This document shows positions 30,996 through 41,930 of a stretch of 64,000 bases of DNA, one piece after another. Source of the stretch: Escherichia coli. Lineage in GTDB: Bacteria > Pseudomonadota > Gammaproteobacteria > Enterobacterales > Enterobacteriaceae. Within the stretch, counting starts at the first letter, position 1, and each line of letters begins with the position of its first letter. The notes under the pieces were generated by a model. It saw only the letters and a program-made list of their open reading frames with translations. It was not told the DNA's origin and searched no databases. A program made the translations under genes and the position numbers. The stretch is from NCBI RefSeq assembly GCF_013315695.1, contig NZ_CP054353.1; one strand, given 5' to 3'.

Positions 30996-33236
30996 TCAGA
31001 AGTGAGTGTTTACGCTCATATACCACGTACGTCCCGGCTCGTTATAGGTATACGCCCCGGCACCGGCGATATAGTTGGCTCCTGCCAGATCGCCCGTGGT
31101 CTGGGCATTACCCGCACGCCACAAACGTTTGTCGAACAGGTTGTCCACGCCGCCGGTCAGACTGACATTCTTCGTCACATCCCAGGTCGCGCTCAGACCC
31201 ACAATGCTGTAAGGACTGATTTCTTTGGTTTCCGGGCCAACCGCTGGCTGACCTTTATAGTTGTACTTCTTCGGCTGCTGCTTGCCGTACCAGGTGAAGG
31301 TCGTTTGCATCGACAAATCTTCCCGTGCCTGCCAGCTCAGCGTTGAGTTCAACGTATACTCCGGGATGATCGACAAACGGTCGCCCGTGGTTTTGTTTTC
31401 ACTCTTCAGCATATAAGTGATGTTATTGGTCCACATCACCGTTTCGCTAACCGGTACGTTTAACGATCCTTCCAGACCTTCAACCACCGCTTTCGGTACG
31501 TTATCCCACTGATAGAGATCGGTGCCGACTGCGTTTTGCCCTACAGCCACATAGCCCGCTTCAATCTTATTGCGATAATCGTTGCGGAACCAGGTGACGC
31601 CCGCCAGCCAGCCGTCGCGTTTGAACTCCAGACCAATCTCTTTGTTGATGCTGGTTTCTGCTTTCAGGTCATCATTACCTTGCAGATAGCAGCCGCCCGC
31701 GCTGGCATAGCAGCCCTGACCTTTACTGTAGAGAATGTAGTTTGGGTTAGTCTGGTACAGACTCGGCGCTTTATAAGCACGGGCAATGCCCATTTTCAGC
31801 GTGAAGTCATCGCCTAAACCTTGCGATATGTTTAGAGCCGGACTCCAGTTATTGCCAACAATGCTGTGATGATCGAAACGCAGCCCCGGCGTTACGATGG
31901 TGCTGTCAGTCAGCTCCATATTGTTTTCGGCAAATAGCGAGAAAATTTCTGCTTTTGAATACGGGCTACGGTCGGTGGCACTCACACCATCAATAGCACC
32001 GCCGGTATTCGTCCCAGTGAGCGCCTGGGTGTTGGAACTTAAATCCTTCATCCGCTGCTGATTCCACTCCGTACCCAGCGTCAGCGTCTGGTTAACGAGG
32101 AAATCAATCGGCAGGTTAACTTCGCTGTGCAGCATCACGTCATCGAGATCGATATCGACGAAATCCTGTGTCGCTTTTTCGTTAAATTTCCCTTCGGTAC
32201 CGCCCGCCAGACCTTCCGGAATACGCGAGTTACGGGTGTGTTCGTACTGCACCCAGTTGCTGGTGGTCACGCCGTTATCCCAGCCGCCGTTCCATGTCAG
32301 CGAGTAGTTCTGGCGATACAGACGGTTGGTTTCATCGCCATATTTCGAGCGGGTATAGGAGTCAGAGTTGGTGTTCTGGGTGTCGCCCGCATACAGGTTA
32401 CCCTGGCGGCTGTAGCCCGCTTCCAGTTCGAGTGATTGCAGAGGCGCGAAGTCCCAGCGCACTACGCCATTAATATCTTTGTTAATTACCCCTTCGCGCC
32501 CGGCTGGTAACGTCGTGGCATACGTTCCGGCACGCGCGGACTGATGGCCCTGGTTGATATCCCACGCGTCAGCCTGGGTTTTGTCGAGGTTGCCATACAA
32601 GCGGAAGCTGAATTCGTCGCCCAGCGGACCGGTCAGGCTGAAGTTGGTGCGTTTGGTGGCACCTTCCTCTTTATGTTCTGGCGCATTGAAATAAGCATCC
32701 CAGGAGCCGTGCCACTCACCGCTGCCTTTTTTGGTAATGATGTTAACCACGCCGCCCGCCGCGCCGTTGCCATAACGCGCAGCTGCCGGACCACGCAGAA
32801 CTTCAATACGTTCAATCATTTCAGGTGGCACCCAGGAGGTATCACCACGGGTATCGCGCTCGCCACGCCAGCCCTGACGCACTGAGTTACGGCTGCTTAC
32901 CGGCTTGCCGTCAATCAAAATCAGTGTGTTTTCCGGACCCATGCCGCGGATATCAATCTGGCGGTTATTCCCACGCTGACCACTGGTGGAGTTACCGGTC
33001 AGGTTAACGCCTGGCATGGTACGGATGATCTCCGACACATCGCGGGCAACGGGGTTTTTGCGGATTTCATCTGCGGTGATGGTCGAAACGCCAGGCGCCT
33101 GTAAGTTCTGCTCAGCGGCGGTAACGACAATGGTATCGTCATGTGAAACAGGAGTATCGGTTGGCTCTTGTGCCTGTGCTACCCCATAAATCCCCAGATT
33201 GACCAACAAGGCCAGGGAATGAATCTTCTTGTTCAT
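30996..33236 (-). CDS. fepA: Ferric enterobactin outer-membrane receptor FepA (TonB-dependent)
   Basis: 746 aa from MNKKIHSLALLVNLGIYGVAQA. TonB box DTIVVTA, C-terminal ...YMSVNTHF. Confidence 0.95.
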   Translation of the reverse strand: MNKKIHSLALLVNLGIYGVAQAQEPTDTPVSHDDTIVVTAAEQNLQAPGVSTITADEIRKNPVARDVSEIIRTMPGVNLTGNSTSGQRGNNRQIDIRGMGPENTLILIDGKPVSSRNSVRQGWRGERDTRGDTSWVPPEMIERIEVLRGPAAARYGNGAAGGVVNIITKKGSGEWHGSWDAYFNAPEHKEEGATKRTNFSLTGPLGDEFSFRLYGNLDKTQADAWDINQGHQSARAGTYATTLPAGREGVINKDINGVVRWDFAPLQSLELEAGYSRQGNLYAGDTQNTNSDSYTRSKYGDETNRLYRQNYSLTWNGGWDNGVTTSNWVQYEHTRNSRIPEGLAGGTEGKFNEKATQDFVDIDLDDVMLHSEVNLPIDFLVNQTLTLGTEWNQQRMKDLSSNTQALTGTNTGGAIDGVSATDRSPYSKAEIFSLFAENNMELTDSTIVTPGLRFDHHSIVGNNWSPALNISQGLGDDFTLKMGIARAYKAPSLYQTNPNYILYSKGQGCYASAGGCYLQGNDDLKAETSINKEIGLEFKRDGWLAGVTWFRNDYRNKIEAGYVAVGQNAVGTDLYQWDNVPKAVVEGLEGSLNVPVSETVMWTNNITYMLKSENKTTGDRLSIIPEYTLNSTLSWQAREDLSMQTTFTWYGKQQPKKYNYKGQPAVGPETKEISPYSIVGLSATWDVTKNVSLTGGVDNLFDKRLWRAGNAQTTGDLAGANYIAGAGAYTYNEPGRTWYMSVNTHF

Positions 33237-33395
33237 TGTTTTATTCCTGCATTTTTGCCACGAATTGCAACTGTCGGGCATGGTCGTCATCAATACGACG
33301 CACCCCGCTACCGCGAAAACCTTTGATCCTGAAAGACACGCAGTGCAGTTGGTTAATTAATGTCCGCGCTTCCCACGGCGCGCCATTACGCTATT

Positions 33396-33450
33396 GCAAA
33401 TGCAAATAGTTATCAATAATATTATCAATATATTTCTGCAATCAATAAAA
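33396..33450. promoter_or_regulatory. Fur-box cluster in the fepA-fes bidirectional promoter
   Basis: GCAAATGCAAATAGTTATCAATAATATTATCAATAT... resembles overlapping GATAATGATAATCATTATC-type Fur sites. Confidence 0.6.
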
Positions 33451-33478
33451 AATTGCACAGTAAACATGGGGTTATGGT

Positions 33479-34681
33479 GTGACGGCGTTAAAAGTAGGAA
33501 GTGAGAGCTGGTGGCAGTCGAAACATGGCCCGGAATGGCAGCGTCTGAATGACGAAATGTTTGAGGTCACTTTCTGGTGGCGTGATCCCCAAGGTTCTGA
33601 AGAATACTCGACGATAAAGCGCGTATGGGTCTACATCACTGGTGTGACCGATCACCATCAGAACACCCAGCCCCGGTCGATGCAGCGAATTGCAGGAACC
33701 GATGTTTGGCAGTGGACGACACAACTCAATGCCAACTGGCGCGGCAGCTACTGCTTTATTCCTACCGAACGCGATGACATTTTTTCTGCACCATCCCCCG
33801 ATCGCCTCGAATTACGCGAAGGCTGGCGAAAACTATTACCCCAGGCGATAGCCGATCCGCTGAATCCACAAAGCTGGAAAGGCGGGCGAGGGCACGCTGT
33901 TTCTGCACTCGAAATGCCGCAAGCGCCTCTGCAACCGGGATGGGATTGTCCGCAAGCGCCAGAAACGCCTGCCAAAGAAATTATCTGGAAAAGTGAGCGG
34001 TTGAAAAATTCACGCCGTGTATGGATTTTTACCACCGGCGATGCAACAGCAGAAGAACGCCCGCTGGCAGTTTTGCTTGATGGCGAATTTTGGGCGCAGA
34101 GTATGCCCGTCTGGCCTGCGCTAACTTCGCTGACCCATCGTCGGCAACTTCCTCCCGCCGTGTATGTGTTGATCGATGCTATCGACACCACGCACCGCGC
34201 CCACGAACTGCCGTGTAATGCGGATTTCTGGCTGGCAGTACAGCAAGAGTTATTACCCCTGGTGAAAGCTATTGCCTCTTTTAGCGATCGCGCCGATCGC
34301 ACCGTGGTCGCCGGGCAGAGTTTTGGTGGGCTTTCTGCGCTGTATGCCGGACTAAACTGGCCTGAACGCTTTGGCTGTGTATTAAGCCAGTCAGGATCGT
34401 ACTGGTGGCCGCATCGGGGCGGGCAGCAAGAAGGTGTTTTACTTGAGCAACTTAAAGCTGGTGAAGTTAGCGCCGAAGGTCTGCGCATTGTGCTGGAAGC
34501 GGGTATTCGCGAGCCGATGATCATGCGGGCCAATCAGGCGCTGTATGCGCAATTACACCTCATAAAAGAATCCATTTTCTGGCGTCAGGTTGACGGCGGA
34601 CATGATGCGCTTTGTTGGCGCGGTGGCTTGATGCAGGGGCTAATCGACCTCTGGCAACCACTTTTCCATGACAGGAGTTGA
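33479..34681 (+). CDS. fes: Enterochelin esterase Fes
   Basis: 400-aa ORF from a GTG start (MTALKVGSESWWQSKHGPEW...), esterase motif GQSFGG. Confidence 0.9.
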   Translation: MTALKVGSESWWQSKHGPEWQRLNDEMFEVTFWWRDPQGSEEYSTIKRVWVYITGVTDHHQNTQPRSMQRIAGTDVWQWTTQLNANWRGSYCFIPTERDDIFSAPSPDRLELREGWRKLLPQAIADPLNPQSWKGGRGHAVSALEMPQAPLQPGWDCPQAPETPAKEIIWKSERLKNSRRVWIFTTGDATAEERPLAVLLDGEFWAQSMPVWPALTSLTHRRQLPPAVYVLIDAIDTTHRAHELPCNADFWLAVQQELLPLVKAIASFSDRADRTVVAGQSFGGLSALYAGLNWPERFGCVLSQSGSYWWPHRGGQQEGVLLEQLKAGEVSAEGLRIVLEAGIREPMIMRANQALYAQLHLIKESIFWRQVDGGHDALCWRGGLMQGLIDLWQPLFHDRS

Positions 34682-34683
34682 AT

Positions 34684-34902
34684 ATGGCATTCAGTAATCC
34701 CTTCGATGATCCGCAGGGAGCGTTTTACATTTTGCGCAATGCGCAGGGGCAATTCAGTCTGTGGCCGCAACAATGCGCCTTACCGGCAGGCTGGGACGTT
34801 GTGTGTCAGCCGCAGTCACAGGCGTCCTGCCAGCAGTGGCTGGAAGCCCACTGGCGTACTCTGACACCGACGAATTTCACCCAGTTGCAGGAGGTGCAAT
34901 GA
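34684..34902 (+). CDS. ybdZ: MbtH-like protein YbdZ
   Basis: 72 aa, MAFSNPFDDPQGAFYILRNAQGQFSLWP... Stop overlaps the entF start. Confidence 0.9.
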   Translation: MAFSNPFDDPQGAFYILRNAQGQFSLWPQQCALPAGWDVVCQPQSQASCQQWLEAHWRTLTPTNFTQLQEVQ

Positions 34903-37900
34903 GCCAGCATTTACCTTTGGTCGCCGCACAGCCCGGCATCTGGATGGCAGAAAAACTGTCAGATTTACCCTCCGCCTGGAGCGTGGCGCATTACGTTGAG
35001 TTAACCGGAGAGGTTGATGCGCCATTACTGGCCCGCGCGGTGGTTGCCGGATTAGCGCAAGCAGATACGCTGCGGATGCGTTTTACGGAAGATAACGGCG
35101 AAGTCTGGCAGTGGGTCGATGATGCGCTGACGTTCGAACTGCCAGAAATTATCGACCTGCGAACCAACATTGATCCGCACGGTACTGCGCGGGCATTAAT
35201 GCAGGCGGATTTGCAACAAGATCTGCGCGTCGATAGCGGTAAACCACTGGTCTTTCATCAGTTGATACAGGTGGCGGATAACCGCTGGTACTGGTATCAG
35301 CGTTATCACCATTTGCTGGTCGATGGCTTCAGTTTCCCGGCCATTACCCGCCAGATCGCCAATATTTACTGCGCATGGCTGCGTGGCGAACCAACGCCTG
35401 CTTCGCCGTTTACGCCTTTCGCTGATGTAGTGGAAGAGTACCAGCAATACCGCGAAAGCGAAGCCTGGCAGCGTGATGCGGCATTCTGGGCGGAACAGCG
35501 TCGTCAATTGCCGCCGCCCGCGTCACTTTCTCCGGCACCTTTACCGGGGCGCAGCGCCTCGGCAGATATTCTGCGCCTGAAACTGGAATTTACCGACGGG
35601 GAATTCCGCCAGTTGGCTACGCAACTTTCAGGTGTGCAGCGTACCGATTTAGCCCTTGCGTTGGCAGCCTTGTGGCTGGGGCGATTGTGCAACCGCATGG
35701 ACTACGCTGCCGGATTTATCTTTATGCGTCGACTGGGCTCGGCGGCGCTGACGGCTACCGGACCCGTGCTCAACGTTTTGCCGTTGGGTATTCACATTGC
35801 GGCGCAAGAAACGCTGCCGCAACTGGCAACCCGACTGGCAGCACAACTGAAAAAAATGCGCCGCCATCAACGCTACGACGCCGAACAAATTGTCCGTGAC
35901 AGTGGGCGAGCGGCAGGAGAGGAACCGCTGTTCGGTCCGGTACTCAATATCAAGGTATTTGATTACCAACTGGATATTCCTGGTGTTCAGGCGCAAACCC
36001 ATACCCTGGCAACCGGTCCGGTTAATGACCTTGAACTGGCCCTGTTCCCGGATGAACACGGTGATTTGAGTATTGAGATCCTCGCCAATAAACAGCGTTA
36101 CGATGAGCCAACGTTAATTCAACACGCTGAACGCCTGAAAATGCTGATTGCGCAGTTCGCCGCGGATCCGTCGCTGTTGTGCGGCGATGTCGATATTATG
36201 CTGCCAGGCGAGTATGCGCAGCTGGCGCAGATCAACGCCACTCAGGTTGAGATTCCAGAAACCACGCTGAGCGCGCTGGTGGCAGAAAAAGCGGCAAAAA
36301 CACCGGATGCTCCGGCGCTGGCAGATGCGCGCTACCAGTTCAGCTATCGGGAAATGCGCGAGCAGGTAGTGGCGCTGGCAAATCTCCTGCGTGAGCGTGG
36401 CGTTAAACCGGGCGACAGCGTAGCGGTGGCGCTACCGCGCTCGGTCTTTTTGACTCTGGCGCTACATGCAATTGTTGAGGCTGGTGCGGCCTGGTTACCG
36501 CTGGATACCGGCTATCCGGACGATCGCCTGAAAATGATGCTGGAAGATGCGCGTCCGTCGCTGTTAATCACCACTGACGATCAACTGCCGCGCTTTGCCG
36601 ATGTTCCAGATTTAACCCGCCTTTGCTATAACGCCCCGCTTACACCGCAGGGCAGTGCGCCGCTGCAGCTTTCACAACCGCACCACACGGCTTATATCAT
36701 CTTCACCTCCGGTTCCACCGGCAGACCAAAAGGGGTAATGGTCGGGCAGACGGCTATCGTTAATCGCCTGCTTTGGATGCAAAACCATTACCCGCTTACA
36801 GGCGAAGATGTCGTTGCCCAAAAAACGCCGTGCAGTTTTGATGTCTCGGTGTGGGAGTTTTTCTGGCCGTTTATTGCCGGGGCTAAACTGGTGATGGCTG
36901 AACCGGAAGCGCACCGCGACCCGCTCGCTATGCAGCAATTCTTTGCCGAATATGGTGTAACGACCACGCACTTTGTGCCGTCGATGCTGGCGGCATTTGT
37001 TGCATCGCTGACGCCGCAAACCGCTCGCCAGAGTTGCGCGACGTTGAAACAGGTTTTCTGTAGTGGTGAAGCCTTACCGGCTGATTTATGCCGCGAATGG
37101 CAACAGTTAACCGGCGCGCCGTTGCATAATCTATATGGCCCGACGGAAGCGGCGGTAGATGTCAGTTGGTATCCGGCTTTTGGCGAGGAACTGGCAGAGG
37201 TGCGCGGCAGCAGTGTGCCGATTGGTTATCCGGTGTGGAATACGGGCCTGCGCATTCTCGATGCGATGATGCATCCGGTGCCGCCGGGTGTGGCGGGAGA
37301 TCTCTATCTCACCGGTATTCAACTGGCGCAGGGGTATCTTGGACGACCCGATCTGACCGCCAGCTGCTTTATTGCCGATCCTTTTGCCCCAGGTGAACGG
37401 ATGTACCGTACCGGCGATGTGGCCCGCTGGCTGGATAACGGCGCAGTGGAGTACCTCGGGCGCAGTGACGATCAGCTAAAAATTCGCGGGCAGCGTATCG
37501 AACTGGGCGAAATTGATCGCGTGATGCAGGCGCTGCCGGATGTCGAACAAGCCGTTACCCACGCCTGTGTGATTAACCAGGCGGCAGCCACTGGTGGTGA
37601 TGCGCGTCAGTTGGTGGGCTATCTGGTGTCGCAATCAGGTCTGCCGTTGGATACCAGCGCATTACAGGCGCAGCTTCGTGAAACATTGCCACCACATATG
37701 GTACCGGTGGTTCTGCTGCAACTTCCACAGTTACCACTTAGCGCCAACGGCAAGCTGGATCGCAAAGCCTTACCGTTGCCTGAACTGAAGGCACAAGCGC
37801 CTGGGCGTGCGCCGAAAGCGGGCAGTGAAACGATTATCGCCGCGGCATTCTCGTCGTTGCTGGGTTGTGACGTGCAGGATGCCGATGCTGATTTCTTTGC

Positions 37901-38780
37901 GCTTGGCGGTCATTCGCTACTGGCAATGAAACTGGCTGCGCAGTTAAGTCGGCAGTTTGCCCGCCAGGTGACGCCGGGGCAAGTGATGGTCGCGTCAACT
38001 GTCGCCAAACTGGCAACGATTATTGATGGTGAAGAAGACAGCTCCCGGCGCATGGGATTCGAAACCATTCTGCCGTTGCGTGAAGGTAATGGCCCGACGC
38101 TGTTTTGTTTCCATCCGGCCTCCGGTTTTGCCTGGCAGTTCAGCGTGCTCTCGCGTTATCTCGATCCACAATGGTCGATTATCGGCATTCAGTCGCCGCG
38201 CCCCAATGGCCCCATGCAGACCGCGGCAAATCTGGATGAAGTCTGCGAAGCGCATCTGGCAACGTTACTTGAGCATCAACCGCACGGCCCTTATTACCTG
38301 CTGGGTTATTCGCTGGGCGGTACGCTGGCGCAGGGTATTGCGGCGCGGCTGCGTGCCCGTGGCGAACAGGTGGCATTTCTTGGCTTGCTGGATACCTGGC
38401 CGCCAGAAACGCAAAACTGGCAGGAAAAAGAGGCTAATGGCCTGGACCCGGAAGTGCTGGCGGAGATTAACCGCGAGCGCGAGGCCTTCCTGGCGGCACA
38501 GCAGGGAAGTACTTCAACGGAGTTGTTTACCACCATTGAAGGCAACTACGCTGATGCTGTGCGCCTGCTGACGACTGCTCATAGCGTACCGTTTGAAGGT
38601 AAAGCGACGCTGTTTGTTGCTGAACGCACGCTTCAGGAAGGTATGAATCCCGAACGCGCCTGGTCGCCGTGGATTACGGAGCTGGATATCTATCGTCAGG
38701 ATTGTGCGCATGTGGATATTATCTCTCCAGGGGCGTTTGAAAAAATTGGGCCGATTATTCGCGCTACGCTAAACAGGTAA
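34899..38780 (+). CDS. entF: Enterobactin NRPS EntF (C-A-PCP-TE, serine-activating)
   Basis: 1293 aa from MSQHLPLVAAQPGIWMAEKL. Adenylation core motifs (YIIFTSGSTGRPKGV; YRTGDVARW), PCP FFALGGHSLLAMKL, TE GYSLGG. The ORF track over-extends the 5' end through ybdZ. Confidence 0.95.
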   Translation: MSQHLPLVAAQPGIWMAEKLSDLPSAWSVAHYVELTGEVDAPLLARAVVAGLAQADTLRMRFTEDNGEVWQWVDDALTFELPEIIDLRTNIDPHGTARALMQADLQQDLRVDSGKPLVFHQLIQVADNRWYWYQRYHHLLVDGFSFPAITRQIANIYCAWLRGEPTPASPFTPFADVVEEYQQYRESEAWQRDAAFWAEQRRQLPPPASLSPAPLPGRSASADILRLKLEFTDGEFRQLATQLSGVQRTDLALALAALWLGRLCNRMDYAAGFIFMRRLGSAALTATGPVLNVLPLGIHIAAQETLPQLATRLAAQLKKMRRHQRYDAEQIVRDSGRAAGEEPLFGPVLNIKVFDYQLDIPGVQAQTHTLATGPVNDLELALFPDEHGDLSIEILANKQRYDEPTLIQHAERLKMLIAQFAADPSLLCGDVDIMLPGEYAQLAQINATQVEIPETTLSALVAEKAAKTPDAPALADARYQFSYREMREQVVALANLLRERGVKPGDSVAVALPRSVFLTLALHAIVEAGAAWLPLDTGYPDDRLKMMLEDARPSLLITTDDQLPRFADVPDLTRLCYNAPLTPQGSAPLQLSQPHHTAYIIFTSGSTGRPKGVMVGQTAIVNRLLWMQNHYPLTGEDVVAQKTPCSFDVSVWEFFWPFIAGAKLVMAEPEAHRDPLAMQQFFAEYGVTTTHFVPSMLAAFVASLTPQTARQSCATLKQVFCSGEALPADLCREWQQLTGAPLHNLYGPTEAAVDVSWYPAFGEELAEVRGSSVPIGYPVWNTGLRILDAMMHPVPPGVAGDLYLTGIQLAQGYLGRPDLTASCFIADPFAPGERMYRTGDVARWLDNGAVEYLGRSDDQLKIRGQRIELGEIDRVMQALPDVEQAVTHACVINQAAATGGDARQLVGYLVSQSGLPLDTSALQAQLRETLPPHMVPVVLLQLPQLPLSANGKLDRKALPLPELKAQAPGRAPKAGSETIIAAAFSSLLGCDVQDADADFFALGGHSLLAMKLAAQLSRQFARQVTPGQVMVASTVAKLATIIDGEEDSSRRMGFETILPLREGNGPTLFCFHPASGFAWQFSVLSRYLDPQWSIIGIQSPRPNGPMQTAANLDEVCEAHLATLLEHQPHGPYYLLGYSLGGTLAQGIAARLRARGEQVAFLGLLDTWPPETQNWQEKEANGLDPEVLAEINREREAFLAAQQGSTSTELFTTIEGNYADAVRLLTTAHSVPFEGKATLFVAERTLQEGMNPERAWSPWITELDIYRQDCAHVDIISPGAFEKIGPIIRATLNR

Positions 38781-38805
38781 ATTAATATTATCTATAAACC
38801 CATAA

Positions 38806-38838
38806 TTACAGGAAATAATTATGGGTTTATCATTTATT
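38806..38838 (+). terminator. Terminator hairpin after entF
   Basis: AAACCCATAATTA-caggaaa-TAATTATGGGTTT followed by an A/T-rich tract. Confidence 0.5.
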
Positions 38839-38995
38839 TAATTTATAAGTTTGGTGGATATTTCTCTTAAATAGAGTGAATGTTGCATTCAGTGGAAGGA
38901 ATTTACAAACTTCAGCTTCGGATAATTCTCACCAACTGGTAAAGTGAGCGCCGTGGAGATTTCCCCCTATTGGACTCATTTTCAGGTTATACCCC

Positions 38996-40129
38996 ATGTC
39001 ATCACTGAATATTAAACAGGGAAGTGACGCTCATTTTCCCGAGTATCCTCTGGCGTCGCCCAGTAATAATGAAATTGATTTACTTAATCTAATTGAAGTT
39101 TTATGGCGGGCCAAAAAAACGGTCATGGCGGTCGTTTTTGCGTTTGCCTGCGCAGGTTTACTGATCTCTTTCATCCTACCGCAAAAATGGACCTGCGCGG
39201 CGGTTGTCACGCCTCCAGAACCTGTTCAGTGGCAGGCGCTTGAGAAAACATTCACTAAGCTTCGTGTGCTGGATCTGGATATCAAAATTGATCGTACAGA
39301 AGCATTTAACCTGTTTATCAAGAAGTTTCAGTCGGTTAGCTTGCTGGAAGAGTACCTGCGTTCATCACCTTATGTGATGGACCAATTAAAAGAGGCGAAA
39401 ATCGATGAACTGGATTTGCATCGCGCAATTGTCGCATTGAGCGAAAAAATGAAAGCGGTTGATGACAATGCCAGTAAGAAAAAAGATGAACCGTCACTGT
39501 ATACCTCCTGGACGCTAAGTTTTACCGCGCCAACCAGTGAAGAGGCGCAGACCGTTTTGAGCGGGTATATCGATTATATCTCTGCGTTGGTGGTGAAAGA
39601 GTCGATAGAAAACGTCCGTAATAAACTGGAGATCAAAACCCAGTTTGAAAAAGAAAAACTGGCTCAGGATCGCATTAAAACGAAAAATCAACTTGATGCA
39701 AACATTCAGCGCCTCAATTATTCACTCGACATTGCCAACGCGGCAGGAATTAAAAAGCCCGTTTACAGTAATGGTCAGGCCGTTAAAGATGACCCCGATT
39801 TCTCTATTTCTCTCGGCGCAGACGGTATTGAACGCAAACTGGAAATTGAAAAAGCGGTTACTGACGTTGCGGAACTGAACGGTGAATTACGTAATCGTCA
39901 GTATCTTGTTGAGCAGCTAACAAAAGCAAATATCAACGATGTGAATTTTACGCCGTTTAAATATCAGTTAAGCCCGTCATTGCCAGTGAAAAAAGACGGT
40001 CCGGGTAAGGCGATTATTGTGATCCTTTCTGCGATGATCGGCGGGATGGTGGCTTGTGGTGGCGTGCTGTTGCGCTATGCGATGGCATCCAGAAAACAGG
40101 ATGCCGTGATGGAAGAGCACTTAGTTTAA
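38996..40129 (+). CDS. fepE: FepE polysaccharide co-polymerase (Wzz-like O-antigen chain-length regulator)
   Basis: 377 aa, MSSLNIKQGSDAHFPEYPLASPSNNEIDLLNL... Confidence 0.9.
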   Translation: MSSLNIKQGSDAHFPEYPLASPSNNEIDLLNLIEVLWRAKKTVMAVVFAFACAGLLISFILPQKWTCAAVVTPPEPVQWQALEKTFTKLRVLDLDIKIDRTEAFNLFIKKFQSVSLLEEYLRSSPYVMDQLKEAKIDELDLHRAIVALSEKMKAVDDNASKKKDEPSLYTSWTLSFTAPTSEEAQTVLSGYIDYISALVVKESIENVRNKLEIKTQFEKEKLAQDRIKTKNQLDANIQRLNYSLDIANAAGIKKPVYSNGQAVKDDPDFSISLGADGIERKLEIEKAVTDVAELNGELRNRQYLVEQLTKANINDVNFTPFKYQLSPSLPVKKDGPGKAIIVILSAMIGGMVACGGVLLRYAMASRKQDAVMEEHLV

Positions 40130-40941
40130 ATCTTGGCAGTTGAAGGTGCCGTTCGTCCGAGCGGCACCACGAGCGGCGTTCCGGCAACCGGATCGTCAAT
40201 AATCATGCAGCGCAGACCATAAATGCGCTCAATCAGTTCAGCAGTGACAATCTCCTTCGGCGCTCCCTGAGCAACAATTTTCCCTTCCCGCAATGCAATC
40301 AAATGGCTGGCGTAACGACAGGCCTGATTAAGATCGTGCAGCACCGCCGCCAGGGTATAGCCTTTCTCGCGGTTCAGTTCGCTTAACAGTTCCAGTAGAT
40401 CAATCTGATGACTGATATCCAGCCAGGTCGTGGGTTCGTCGAGCAGCATAATTGCCGTTTCCTGGGCCAGCACCATTGCTATCCACGCTCGCTGGCGTTG
40501 TCCGCCAGAAAGGGTATCCACGCTTTGATCTGCCAGATGAGTGATTCCCGTGGCCTGCATCGCTTTTGTGACTGCCTCTTCATCTTCTTTCCGCCAGCGG
40601 GTAAACAGCGGTTGATGCGGGTAACGTCCACGCGCCACCAGCTCCTGCACGGTGATATCGCCCGGCGTGGTAGCATTTTGCGCCAACAGACCAATCCGGC
40701 GTGCAACCTCTTTACTGGCGTAATGTTGAATGTGCTCACCATCCAGCCAGACATGCCCGTGAGCAGGCGTCATCAGGCGGCTTAAAGTACGCAGTAAAGT
40801 GGATTTACCGCAGCCATTTGGCCCGATAATTGCCGTGAAGTGACCATCAGGTATTTCTACAGTCAGATTCTCCGCAACGGTATATTTGCCATATCCGAGG
40901 GTTAACTGTTCGCCGCGCAAACGGGCTACTGATTCGGTCAT
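40126..40941 (-). CDS. fepC: Ferric enterobactin ABC transporter ATPase FepC
   Basis: 271 aa from MTESVARLRGEQLTLGYGKY, Walker A GPNGCGKST, signature LSGGQRQR. Confidence 0.95.
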   Translation of the reverse strand: MTESVARLRGEQLTLGYGKYTVAENLTVEIPDGHFTAIIGPNGCGKSTLLRTLSRLMTPAHGHVWLDGEHIQHYASKEVARRIGLLAQNATTPGDITVQELVARGRYPHQPLFTRWRKEDEEAVTKAMQATGITHLADQSVDTLSGGQRQRAWIAMVLAQETAIMLLDEPTTWLDISHQIDLLELLSELNREKGYTLAAVLHDLNQACRYASHLIALREGKIVAQGAPKEIVTAELIERIYGLRCMIIDDPVAGTPLVVPLGRTAPSTAKI

Positions 40942-41930
40942 TTTTTGCGAGACTCCTGAATTAACAAGACGATAAGGTAAATACCGCCGAGGCTGACGGT
41001 AACGACGCCAACCGGAAGTTGATACGGCATAAACAGTTGTTGGGCGCAGAGATCGGCCGCCAGCAGTAACAACGCCCCGCACAGCGCCGCCTGGGTCAGC
41101 CCCCAGCGAGCGGTGCCGCTAATGCGTCGGGCAATGTGCGGCGCGACTAAAGCAATAAAGGAAATCGGCCCGGCAAGCGCTGTTGCCGCAGCGGTAAGCA
41201 CCACTGCAACCAGCATCATTAACAGACGCGAACGTTCGACGCTGACGCCCAGCGCACACGCGGTATCATCGCCCATTTCCAGCAAGCGCATCCGGCGTAC
41301 CAGTAAGGCGGCGGCAATTAGCATCAATATAATGATGGGTGCGGAAGGCGAGGTTTTTGCCCACGTCAGGCCGTTGAGCGATCCGGCATTCCATAAACCC
41401 GCTGTTAGCGCCGTTTCTAAAGACGCTTTCAGCAACAGCCAGGTATTAAAGGCCACCAGCATGGCGCGAACGCCGATACCAATAATAATCAACCGAAAGG
41501 TGTCGATGCCGTTACGCCAGGCGAGCAGCCAGACCAGCAGCGAAGTGACAATGCCGCCCACCATTGCTGCCAGCGCGATAGCCGTCAGATCCTGACCAAA
41601 CAGCACCATCGCCACCAGCACGCCGCTCCACGCCCCGGTGTTAAAGCCCATTACGTCAGGGCTACCGAGCGGGTTACGCATCAGCGACTGAAAAATCGCG
41701 CCGCTGACGCCCAGAGCCGCGCCAATTAACAGCGCCATCAGCACGCGTGGTAAACGCCATTCAGTGACCACCATCGTCATACTGCGCGGCGCATCGCCCA
41801 TCAGCGCGGCGAATACCTGCGAGGTTTCCAGCGTGACGGTACCGCTGCGTAATCCCCAGATACCTGCAACCACACAGGCGGTAATTAGCAGCAAACAGGT
41901 GATGATTAATCGGCGAGAGACGTAAATCAT
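40938..41930 (-). CDS. fepG: Ferric enterobactin ABC transporter permease FepG
   Basis: 330 aa, FecCD-family permease. Overlaps the fepC start and fepD stop. Confidence 0.95.
   Translation of the reverse strand: MIYVSRRLIITCLLLITACVVAGIWGLRSGTVTLETSQVFAALMGDAPRSMTMVVTEWRLPRVLMALLIGAALGVSGAIFQSLMRNPLGSPDVMGFNTGAWSGVLVAMVLFGQDLTAIALAAMVGGIVTSLLVWLLAWRNGIDTFRLIIIGIGVRAMLVAFNTWLLLKASLETALTAGLWNAGSLNGLTWAKTSPSAPIIILMLIAAALLVRRMRLLEMGDDTACALGVSVERSRLLMMLVAVVLTAAATALAGPISFIALVAPHIARRISGTARWGLTQAALCGALLLLAADLCAQQLFMPYQLPVGVVTVSLGGIYLIVLLIQESRKK

Noticed and set aside
33748-34533. 261-aa minus-strand ORF inside fes, and similar long antisense ORFs inside cusA, entF, entE/entB, cstA, ybdH and ahpF
   Set aside because: Each fully overlaps a recognised gene on the opposite strand, with no independent start context and biased composition. 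Treated as overprinting artefacts of GC-rich coding sequence.
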